From Styela clava (taxonomy: Eukaryota): a DNA stretch of 64,000 nt. Positions 37,064-60,843 of this stretch are shown piece after piece. The stretch covers positions 21,514,001 to 21,578,000 of the forward strand of contig NC_135258.1 in NCBI RefSeq assembly GCF_964204865.1, written 5' to 3'. How positions within the stretch are numbered: the first letter of the stretch is position 1; every line of letters starts with the position of its first letter. Both the position numbers and the translations under genes were made by a program. A model generated the notes under the pieces. It was not told the DNA's origin and did not search any database. It saw only the letters and a list, made by a program, of their open reading frames with translations.

Positions 37064-40000
37064 ATGGAGGCTACCGATCTTGTTTCTGCAGCTAAGGATG
37101 GGGATTTACTTAAAGTTGAACAGATTCTGAAGTTTTATCCGACCCAGGTATATACAGTAAGGTGACATTAGAAGAGTTTAGTTCAAATCTCAAAATGTCT
37201 CAATTTCATTAATAAACACACAAAGTTATTCTCTGCTTTACCTAGTGTCAGGTATTGCATCTATTTTACATGCTTGTTTACTTGTTGCTCTAACTTGAAT
37301 TTCCAATGTGCTTTACGTCGACATTGTAATCACACGATACTTTATTTATCTAAAGGTGGATATTCGACAAAATGGACATACAGCACTTCATGCAGCCGCT
37401 CGTGGTGGACACCTTGAAGTTATAAAGACATTAGTTAATCACAGTCCCAAACCTGATCTTGATTTTCCTGATTCGAAAGACAGTACACCATTGCATTATG
37501 CTGTAAAAGCGTAAGATTATGTTGATATCTTTATTTTTTAAATGTAATTCAATGAGAAGAACACAAAGTTGTTATGAGTTTTCATGTTTATCACATGTAT
37601 ATTTAAAAAAAACGAACAATCTGTAATTAATTTGAAAACTGGACGAAACAGATAAATAACTAGAAGATGAATCACGAGAACAAGATGTATTCATGGGATG
37701 ATATAGTTTTGATTACTTGATAAGTTGAATATTTGAGTACAATTCATGGTACTCCCATATATGTGAACCAAGATGGCGGACACCGAAACGTAGTATGTGT
37801 ACCAGGTTTGGGTTAGGCCATAATTTTATTCCAATTTTCCTTATTTTAGGTCATAACGAGTTCGGAGACTAGCCAAGTGACTCCCATAGTATTTGTGCCA
37901 GGAATTATGGCTTAACGCTATACACATACTACATTCCGGTGTCCGCCATCTTGGTTCACATACTTCAGGAGTACCCAATTCATTGACTTCGCTAATATTA
38001 TAGCAATTATTCACATATATTCACTAATTTCACTTTCATTTTCAATATATATTGAGTTGCTGTTTGGTCATTAATTAATTATGACTTATTTTATATACAT
38101 GAATGTTTATAATAAAGGTGTTGTTATAAAGTATATACTATTCTAAACTTTTATTTAGAGATAAAGCTGAGGCAGTTTTATTACTTCTAAATATTGGTGC
38201 GAACCCAGATGAAGAAGACAGTGATGGTAAAACACCGTATGATATTGCTTGTAAAAGAAATTATGAAGATTGTATCAGTGCATTCAGAGAAAGAGGAAAT
38301 AAAGTACTTTCACATTTTTCACTTTGTGTATTAATTTATTGGATTTCATATTAAATCAATGTGATCAAGTTATCAATGGGTTTTATACAGTTTATTGCCA
38401 TTAATAAGAGTGAAAACTTCACAGTAAAATTGAAATAACAGAGTCAATCAACAACTAAAGACTTAATGCTTTACTATTCACTACTTTCGATATTGTATTT
38501 AGCCTGCACCAAAGAATGACGGCACGAGTAGTGATGATGAAGAGATGGATAAACCAACTAGTAGTGCAGATTCTGCAATTCCCCAACGCGTAAGTGTTCT
38601 GGATAAGCGTTTTCGACTTTAGTTTTTGTAACAATTTCCAGTTATCAATTTTCGACAATGTGAGAATGCAAGTATTAGAAAAAATTGTTTGAATTCTATT
38701 GATTAATAATATATAGGGCTGGGCATTTGAATCGAATATTCGAATCGAATTGTAAATTATTCAAATTGGTCCAGAGCAAAATGGCCGGGGTATATTCTTC
38801 AATTTTTTTTATTGAAACCATATTTTTTCAATGCAATTCTGACATATGACTATTTCCTGTAGTGAGTTATTGATAAAACGTGTTTCTTATTGTGTGTGAA
38901 CGCTCAGCAATCTGTCTGAGTGATTTATTCTATGTTTTCAGTAATTCATTTGTTGACAGGACCAATTACAATAAAAAGTCCCATACAACTACATATATCT
39001 CAAGTATTCGAGATTCGATCCAAAAAAAATATTCGATTCTGAAATCATCAGGTATTCAAAAAGCCCTAATAATATGTTATTTGATAATATTGTTAATAAA
39101 AAATTGTGTATTAGGAAAATTATAGTAGTACACCTTTGTTTGCAGAAATGTTGTAAATATTGCAAAGAAAACAGCAGGTTTATAAAGTTTGAGCCATGTG
39201 GATGCGTTATATCTTGTTTTGGTAAGTAAAATTTGGTAAGTAAAAACGAGCCTTAAGAACTAGTTAGATGGAACTGCAGTTTTGATGGAATAATACAGCA
39301 GGGTTGGGTGTTTTATACCGGTACCGGTATATATAAATCTTATACCTAAAACAATAGCATATTTGATGATTAATTTCCTTCATTATGTATTAATAATTAT
39401 CGATTATTCTTTATTACTCTGTCATGTTGTTTTCTCTGCGCTCATCTGAGCATTACGTTAATAAGCTAAACTGACTCCTATAATCAGTAATCTCCTTACT
39501 CTCTTGATTTTATTTTGCCAAATTTTATTCCCATTTTTGTTAAAGAATAATTAGTTGATTTTATTTGACGTCATCTGCTGTTGAACTCAGCAAACACGGT
39601 GTCGCTGACACGATGACTCTGGTAGTCTTTCGCGGCCCCGCGTCAATTGCGGAAATATTGTGTGCCTTTCTATTTCAATTGATCTTTTTGTTAGCATTTT
39701 TTTTTTCTTATTACTTGTGTCGCTACAATATTTCATGCACGACGGAAATAAAATATCTGAATCTGAATCTCGAATCTAATGAGGAAGCTAGTATCACAAT
39801 ATGGACATTACCACTGAAGTACACCTTTGAGGTATTAGTGATGACTGGAATTTGAATTGACTGAATAACTGCTCAAAAATTTGAATCCCATGACAGCACT
39901 CATCTTTCTTTTTTTAACCAATGGCTCCTTAATAATGTCACATTTCATCAGGACTATTCAACAATTTTTTTCTCCAGACTGTTTAAAAATTGCTGTCGTT

Positions 40001-40691
40001 GTTTGTCTTTTAAATTCAGATTTAGAATAGTATTGCCCCATTATTCTCCTGTTAATTATGAGCAAGCAAATGTATTTTCAATCAATGTGAAAAATCTAAG
40101 TCAGTTGCTTCTGTTTCAAATTCTTTTGAAAAAGTTTGGCAAACCTGGCTGCTTCACGGAATTTGATCCTTTGTTACACTTGATCAAAATTTTGTTATAA
40201 TTCAATCATTTCTCTCTGATCATAAGATTGAAGTCGTTTAAAACTATTCTTTTTTATAAAGAATGTTCCATGAGAGACCATAAATGCAGATGTGAAAAGT
40301 TTATTGAACAACGTTCATTCGATAAAACAACTGAATCAGCGAAATATGCAGAGGAAATTAAATCAATGAGAAAAAGGCTTGAGCAACTAGAGCATTATGT
40401 GAGTTTTATGTCAAATTGGTGCTCTTGCTTGAAAAAAATTTGTTAGCACTTGAAACGCCTGGCTAATATTTTTTTGCTCTTTAAAAACAGGTTGAACAAT
40501 TGGAAGACCAGAAAATCTGCAAAATATGTAGGTATAATCCAGTTAACTGCGCTCTGGGATGTGGACACTTGTTTTGTAAGTCTTGTATAAGAAAAACAAA
40601 AGACTCAGAGACAAGTTTTCCAGAGCAACTTTGGATTTGTGCTAAATGCAGAACACCTTCCAGATATACCAAAATTTACCCTGAGTGGTAA
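37064..40691 (+). CDS. Ankyrin-repeat / double-RING E3 ligase-like protein B (~294 aa; tandem paralogue of A)
   Basis: Exons 37064-37147, 37356-37510, 38159-38303, 38503-38589, 39146-39221, 40262-40398, 40491-40691. Same intron phases as gene A, with identical 155-nt and 76-nt exons. Coiled-coil-like EIKSMRKRLEQLEHYVEQLEDQ precedes RING CKIC...CGHLFCKSC...CAKC. Confidence 0.88.
37748..37975. mobile_element. MITE with ~55-bp TIRs, GG...CC ends and 8-bp TSD
   Basis: GGTACTCC...ATGTGAACCAAGATGGCGGACACCG / CGGTGTCCGCCATCTTGGTTCACAT...GGAGTACC; perfect TSD CAATTCAT (37740-37747, 37976-37983). Confidence 0.88.
38714..39068. mobile_element. hAT (Ac-like) MITE
   Basis: TAGGGCT...AGCCCTA ends; TCGA-containing subterminal repeats; TSD ATAATATA/ATAATATG. 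Confidence 0.72.
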
Positions 40692-40864
40692 TTGGAAGTG
40701 GGCAAACTGTGAGATATAAACAGATCGATGATGTAATAATATACTGACCTAATTTATAATTTAATACTATTTTATATATTTTGCACTTGATTAATCGTCT
40801 TTAGTAACACTCACTAAATTCCAACATATTGAGAGGATTTGGTTCTAATGAAGTATACCTAGGT

Positions 40865-41657
40865 CAGTGTTTTACAAATTTTCTTGAACTGCTGAATACT
40901 TATTATATCATAAATTGTTTGTGGGACATGTTTCAGATCTTTCAGTAACCATCAAATTAACTAACAATTATCTTGTTCGGTTTTGACATAAAGAAGAAAT
41001 TACGATAGGACCAATCGCTTGAGTTGAAAAAAAGAAGTAACAAATTCAAATTCAGGGCCAAAGTTGCTTGATATGATGAACGCTTGCTTAGATATCGACA
41101 GGGATTCAGGGAAGACACACTAGTAGGCCTAGTTCTTTTTTGACAAGTTCAAAATACACTTCAGAATGATAAAACATGCTGTATGCATTGGCAAACTGCC
41201 AACACCTGGTAAATCTTAACAGCTTACTGAATTTCCCTCTTACGATGGCATGAATCCTGGTCAAGTTTTCAAATTGAAGTCATGATTATTATTTTAAAAT
41301 GTTTCCACGACCTCTGAACTTTGAAAAATTCCCCCTATTTTTTACCATTGACAAATAATTGAGTGTTTTTTCTCAGGGCTGACCTCCGCAACCGTTTAAA
41401 ATATCATAGTAGCTGCCTGTAAAGAGTAGTGACTAGTGACATCTAATTTCAGCGAAGTCTGACCTAACTTTTTGTCGTTTTTGGATTACGGTAATTCAAC
41501 TGAAATAAAGCCCCCCAACATGACAGAGCATTGAGCAAATTTTCCTACAAAAAATGACCGCCAAGTTACTTTATTATTCAAGCTACCATTGTCGTGCAGC
41601 AGAGCTTGCTTAACACCAAGTACATGTGAAAGGTCTTTCACCGGTTGGAAATCACTG
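40865..41657. mobile_element. Old Charlie-like hAT element
   Basis: Degenerate ends CAGTGTTTTACAAA / TTGGAAATCACTG, each flanked by a CTAGG-containing octamer (5/8 identity). Confidence 0.5.
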
Positions 41658-43203
41658 CTCTAGGCAACTTGAAAATTTTTGCATCTGTTTATTGAGACAT
41701 AAAGTATTTGTAGCAAAAAAGAAAAGCAATTCAAAAGCAAAAATCCATTACAATAGGTAACAAAAATGTAGTTCTTTCATGAGGATCTTAAGCAGAGCTA
41801 TTGAAACTTGCTCTTTTATGGATGTATAATTGAAAAACATTTCGAAACAGGAATGGGCTGGAAATCTAATTTATTTACAGCATTCTGACAAATAGTTCTT
41901 GCCACTCTCCACTAGACTTTAAGCTCCACAAGGTGTTGATAAACAGAAATAAGACTTTTTTGGTACCGATTGTTGTAACAATATTTTTTAACGTACCATC
42001 CTAAAAAGTTACGGTAAGTCTTGTCACCTGGACAAGAATACGATAATTAGAATTTTTTTTTCATCTGAGAAGGATAAGTGTACCTTTTAAGTTTGGATAT
42101 ATATTCATGTTATAAACGTGGGTAAATAAGCTAGCTAAATAAACAGCAGTAAATACAGTCAATTTAAATTGAATTGGCACATTTCGCAGCTCAATAAACA
42201 AACATATGAATTGCACAAACAAAATTGCAAAAATTATTTTGACGGACAGGCTTGTGATTTGCACAAAAGATTGAAGGTAGATTGTAAACAAAATTGGTTT
42301 TTGAACAGTTGGCTAGTATTAAGAAATTAGGGCTAAGGGTAAGTCATGGGTGTTGCTGCTCGATAACCAGTATTGGTTTGTTATCATACCTTTCACCCAG
42401 AGATGCCGCTCTTTGTTCACGTTGGTGGAAAATGAAACTACGCGTAAGAGTATTTTGAAAAATTTAGGACGTGTGGAATGTTTGTGGGTCAATCTTATTG
42501 CCACAAACTCGCAATATAGTCAAAAATAGCTATTCACAGCTACTGTATTCCAGCATATGGTGTCAGGCTAATGATGTAATCACATATTGCTTTAAAGTAA
42601 ATAATAATTAAAACATTGGATATATCTCGGACATTAGCAGTAGAGTATACTTTTTAGATAGTATTATGATTAAACAATAGTTCATCTAGTAATAATATAA
42701 TAATAAATTAAATTTTATTTGTGGCGAATGCTCTTATTCTTGATCATGTCGATATTTATACAAAATATAAGAAACAATATACAACATGAAACGGAAAGTC
42801 TTCCTCATATTATAAATCAAAATAATGATGTTATTTGACAACATTAAAATATGGAACAAAAAAAATTTGTTTATTGAATGCAATATATTTTGACTAACTA
42901 CCATATCAGATTTTTCTGTAGCATCATTGTACACTTCATGTACATGGAACCATATTACAAGACTTATAATTTGTAAGTTCAACACACAGGAAGTACTCTC
43001 GCTTCAAAATGGTAATTTCACCAAACAACGATTTTTCATGCTTTTCTCAATAATTGCGTCTGAATTACTTAGACATGTTTAACATTAGATTACAAAAATA
43101 AACCAAACGTAAATTTCTTAAGCATATTCAGAATTAAGTTTTTTTTTTGTAACGTGGACTTCCCGACAACTTCATCAGTGATTTATTATTTCTTCTCACT
43201 AAA

Positions 43204-55295
<12,092 letters not shown>

Positions 55296-58200
55296 GTCAG
55301 TTGATCACACTGCAAAATTATAAACTTTCCAACTTTCAAATTTCCTGTCTACAGTTCCTAAAAATATGCTACTGCTTTTCCCACTCCGATAACTACGACG
55401 TTTTCGACTGTTCGAGGATTAAGCAAACACAGGCCATTCACACTCGTAAAACTGAAAAAGAAAACGCTATCTTGAGTGTTAAAGTCCCATGAGGAAAAAG
55501 CATAAAATCAACTTCCACGCCGCGTTCACGTGTTCCCTGAGTTTATACACGATCGCGTAATTTCCAAGTCATTCCCGACTGCAGTGCGATTGATTATATT
55601 TAGTTTGAATGGGAGGCCTTTAACCATTCGACATGAACATTATAATTGAATCCGGCTCTTAGACTAAACTATCGCGTTTCATTTTAATTTTTACAAAAAC
55701 GAATGTCCCCGCCAGTGAAACGCCTAAGGTAATTTGATCCGCAGAGCACAAAATGAGGTATATGGATCAAATAATATAATGGGTTGTATCGTTAATGTTG
55801 CGACAGCAGGTAATTTAAACAAAGTAAACGCGTTATTTTTGAGTCGGCAGCGACGCCTAAATAGCGGAAAATGGTTAGGCGAGGTCGAAATGGACTTTGG
55901 ACTTTGTACCGAAGGTTTTAGCGCTTTCTACTTGAATGCTTCTTCGCAATTCAGAGCACTTTGTATTTGACTGTTGATGTCACTCTGTCGCTTGAAATCC
56001 TGGTTCGATCGGTTTTCATTATCAGCCGCTATTATTCTCCGTAGTGTCATCAGCTCTCTCTCTCCTCAGTGGTTGCCCATAGTTTCGCTCAGAGATTTTT
56101 GCTTTGAGCAAATTTTCGCAAATCCATCCATGTATCTAGAAGACTTAACTGATAAGATACAGTAGAATAGTGGGTGAATCCTTTTTTTGCCGCAATAACC
56201 GTGGTCCGGCGTATTACCGAACTGTCTTATATTCCTTCTTATTCCTTTCATTATCGGATAAACTGGTAGCCTATATCTTATCTATCTTCACATTTGTATC
56301 ATCCATCATATTCAAACACGAAAATAAGTCTTCAGGCCAACCGAGCATACATTTTCGCATTGCCAATTTTATTCGTCTTAAAAGCTCACTAGTTGCTAAG
56401 TGAATCTTCTCAACTTAACCGGCAACTTTAAGTAATTTTTAAAATGAAAATAATGCCCGGCCCATTTCCATCAACCAATGAGCGTGCGTAAACAAGTCGT
56501 GCCAGAGGGCGGCTACGTGAGCTAAGCCACGGGTTAGTCCGCTCAGAATTTCTGGTGAAATCTGGCTGTTTCCATTGGCTTGGAAGTGAAAAATCTGAAC
56601 GCCCACGACAAGACTACTATTACAACGTGATATTTGAAGTCTACCCGAAAACATATATATACAAAATACGTTAAACCAGTAAACACCTAAGATTATATGT
56701 GAATCTACTGACAATAAAAACAACTCACAGTTGCAGCCCCCGTACCTATATATATATACACATATATATACAGTATATTTATAATTTTTCAATGCGAGTA
56801 GGCGTTATTTTATTAAACTGAAAGTTTACTAAATAAAAAACGACTATACTTATTTGTCAGAAATCTACACCAGACAACTTCATATTTATGAAAATGAAAA
56901 AATACTAATAAGTAGAACATGCGTGCCAATTAGTATTATGATAATTGAATTGCGCATTTGTTAGTAAAACATTAGTATAATATTGTTAGACTGTTAATAA
57001 TATCATATTTTGGGGGCACATAACAGGTGATATTCAAAATACCAAATCTTTTCTTCTGGTATTTGGGTGTCTTCATGCGAGGATTGGGTGCGCGATGCTT
57101 ATATAGCCTTAACATTTTCCGTCAAATACTCGACTCAAGATCATCAGAGTTCTTTGATTTAATCGTATTGAAGGGACTACTCGCCTTCCTAGCACAAGAG
57201 AACATATTTGCTGGTAATGGCTGTGTAGAAAAAGTTAGAAGATGAAGAAACTGTAGTCAAGTAGTCACATAGCGATACAAGTTTTTATTTAAGTTTTAAT
57301 TCTGCATAATTTCTTCGTGATTAATCGAAATCTACTGCAGGTATGTCAAATCGAATTGGACCTAGAGGAAAAACGAAGTTCCGTTTTAATAGTGTATTTC
57401 AGCTGAAAGTATGTATTTCAGCAGTTTGGTAATACAGTATATTGAAAATATGTACGCATTGGAGATGGAGAGCTTGCGCGCCCTCTGTTGGTAGATTGTG
57501 TCATAACTTTGGCATTTGGCTGCGAAAGGCAGATGCCCTGCAACTCTGGTGGTAACAAGTCAAAAAAAAGTCGTCATCGCAGCAAAAGTGAATTTCGTGG
57601 TTGCAGGTATAAAGGTAATAGTTTCGTCACATTGGGTCATTGTATTTCCTATTCGGTGATGTTTTAATGAAGGCTTTCGCCGCACCGTTGAGCAGTCTTT
57701 CGGCAGTAATGATAATGACCGATCTTTGAAGGGTGGAGCCAGCGGTCACGAGGAGGATTGTTCTCTGGCTCAACGTGCAGTATTTGAACCTCGGCGAGAA
57801 CATTTGATGTGGACCGAATGGCACTAAAGCGATACATCGATAAAGAAAAACATGATCCCTTGGTACAAGAGGATCCTAGAATTGCAAGCTCAAGAATATT
57901 ATATTTAATTCTGAAATGGAATCTGAACTAGTTATTCACATCAAAACACTTGGAGCGAACTACCAGGGCCTATCCAAAGATAAATGCCGATGTTTGGCAT
58001 TCGAGTTTGCAAAGAGTAACGGTGCCGATGTCACACGAAGCACAAGACGACTATAACGTCATTCATTTTTCAGGTCGTTTCGCGATGATAAAATCAATAC
58101 AACATCAAGCTTGTCCAACAATAATAGTGACAGCATCGATGAAATTTGCAAAGACTGACGAATCATCTATGATAAATTTGAACTGACTTTAGTAATTGAC

Positions 58201-58299
58201 ACCCTTGTCTAAAATCCATAAATATAAAAGGGAGAACCTTGCTTGAATCTTTAGGAACCTATATATTTCTATAACCTATTCTCCTACCTCATTACCATA

Positions 58300-58800
58300 C
58301 TCCCCTAATTATTCTTAATTATAATCACATATACTGACTAATAATATTTGCTATAATCTGGACTCTAATTTGGCTATATTTGGGCTTTGGTGAGTGAAGT
58401 GGGCTAGCTAGCCCACTTATTCATGCATCTATCTTGGCAAGTACGATTGGGCAATTTGGCGTTAGCATACTCCAACCATAGCTTGCTAATATCTTTTTAG
58501 AAATATTTTTCTATACATTTCAGTCCTGTTAACCAATTCGGTATCCAACTTGGCAATTGTTACAAAATATTAATATTGTGTGGCGAAATTTATTTTCTGT
58601 TTTTTATTTTGTTTGTATATTTTTTTTTTCTAGGCAATATACGTAAATTATGTTTCTCTATTTTTCTCTCCTCTAAAATTTTATTTTGTCTGCGTGATTG
58701 TATGTGTGTGTAATCAGTTGTATTTATATTGTTTTTATCAATTGTTTTATTATCTTTTATTCTGATTGTGGAGTCAAAATAAACTTATACTTATTATACT
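58300..58800 (+). mobile_element. Possible 3' end of a LINE (L2/CR1-like) remnant
   Basis: T-rich tract ending in AATAAA(CTTATA)n at ~58778-58800 and a perfect 22-bp palindrome at 58397-58418; no recognisable RT coding sequence. Confidence 0.3.
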
Positions 58801-59868
58801 CAACAAGAACACAAAATGACAAAACGATCCAAAGTTCATTTTATGCCCGATAGCCTCAATCAAAATGCAAGAGATAAAATGTTGTAGGATTGGTATTTGG
58901 CTTGGTGGGGAGTTTTTGCTTGACATTTATTTATACGTTGACTGTGACCCCTAATGACGACATTTAGAAATACAGGAGTAAGTGGCTATTTTTCGTCATT
59001 CTCAAAAATGTGGGAAATTTTAAACATTTCCCGAATTTATAGATTCAACCACTCATAGGTACATTTAGTATCCGATAATGTTTAAGTAACATACAAGGGG
59101 TGTAATGTTGTTGGATCGTTATTTTGGATTGGTCAGGAGCAACGACTCAGGAGTATGTATTTACTTTAAAGTTTTTGTAACAACTCTTGTCTTCTTAAAA
59201 AGTTTAATTTGAGCTCTGTAGAATCATACCAACCCGAGCGACTTCAATTGCAGCAGTGATGGGTTTAGATACACCTCAATGGTATGGTATTACTCAGCAA
59301 AACACATGTAGTACAGGTAATTAGGACATTAGGTACCTTGTAGTTAATTATTACCAAACTGGACAGTTGGTAGTAATAGCCGTGACAAGCTGACATACTA
59401 TGTAGTGTAGAACAAACAAATATAAAAACAAAACAGATCGAATGAATTTGTCCAGAATTTTAATGTTAAGATTTTTCGATGCAGGGGCTAGTGTACCTAT
59501 TCATCTAGATTCTAATATATTTGCCTGGTGAAGTCTATATTTGTACATCATCTATTGTGGCCCGATCTCATTAGTCTCCAATATAATTTTGGTCCAGAAG
59601 AAACGGCTATAGATGGATATTTAATGTATTTCTATGTGTTTGTTTGAGATATTATTGATAAAATTGTAGTTGATTATTGTTTGATATTATACGGAGCAAC
59701 ATGCTTTCGTTACCACTGCGTTCGTTATTAGTAAGTACGTTTTATAATTTATTATTACCAAAACAAATTTTCATATGGAACTGAATAACGATTCAATTTT
59801 GCATTGTTACATCACAAAATCTACACCGACATACTTTTCTGTGATAAACAAAATGTTAATTTGCATAT

Positions 59869-60675
59869 CGTCACGCTAATAACCGAATTGCGTAAGTCAT
59901 TTTTGGCGATTTTGAGTTTTTTTTTAAAATAGGTATTTATGTAATGCTGCGCTCAGATTTTATTTTAAGTATTCCGAAACCCATGAAAATGGAGATTTAG
60001 TATGACATGCACATTTGTGTAATTGTTTCGTCATAATAAATTATCATTGTTACCGCATGGCTATTGTGACGTCACAAGGGCAAAATAGCCTCATCTAAGT
60101 ATTTTCGAGTTTTTGCATCTCGGATTCTAGCTTAGCGCGTATTAATTTGAATTTATACTACAGTATAGGAAGATGTGCACTTGTGATTATCACTGTCCCA
60201 GTCCAATTCACCTTGGTTGGCTTTTATATTGGGTGCATTGCTGTTTTATTCTTTATATTTAATCTTAGTCTTATTTCGGTGGGTGTGCAGAACGTGTTAT
60301 ATTGATGAAATATATATTTTAACATAAAAAATAATGTAATTGAAACTGATCAGCTATTTTGGGGATTAGACATTGTAGATACTAAGAATTACATTCGTTT
60401 TTGGAATGTTTTGTTTTCAGGACTGGTGCATATAGTAAAGTTGCAAAATTGCGTATGTCCCCAAGTCATACCCACATTTCTGCCTAAGTCACAGTGCGCC
60501 ATTATGACGTCACTTAACTGCGTCATACAAATTAACCTAAATCCGGCTACGGGCAAAAAATTGAACCATGGCAAATTATTGCCTCTCAATGGCATAACAA
60601 TATCATTAGGAAGTTTTTTACGTTTTTCTCAAAACTGCTAAAAATGACTTACGCAATTCGGTTATTAGCGTGACG
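59869..60675. mobile_element. Non-autonomous DNA transposon, 807 bp, ATAT TSD (Sola1-like)
   Basis: 36-bp perfect (~48-bp imperfect) TIRs beginning CGTCACGCTAATAACCGAATTGCGTAAGTCATTTTT, flanked on both sides by ATAT, which fits the AWWT TSD of Sola1. Confidence 0.82.
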
Positions 60676-60843
60676 ATATTACGTTCCGAAATTCGTTAGC
60701 TCTTTCTATGCCATGCCAAATATCAATTTCTATCATAACAGTTCTGGGAGATTTTTGAACGTGTTATTTTCGACGTCAATATGGTGGTTGGAAATATAAA
60801 AATGCATGTATAAACAAATTAACGGAATTTTTGTCGCAGAGAT

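Noticed and set aside
55730-57830. Coding-looking stretches upstream of PC (e.g. 56251-55930 minus, 57660-57830 plus)
   Set aside because: Interrupted by stops, with no recognisable domain or consistent splice structure; probably decayed repeats, but not assignable without a search.
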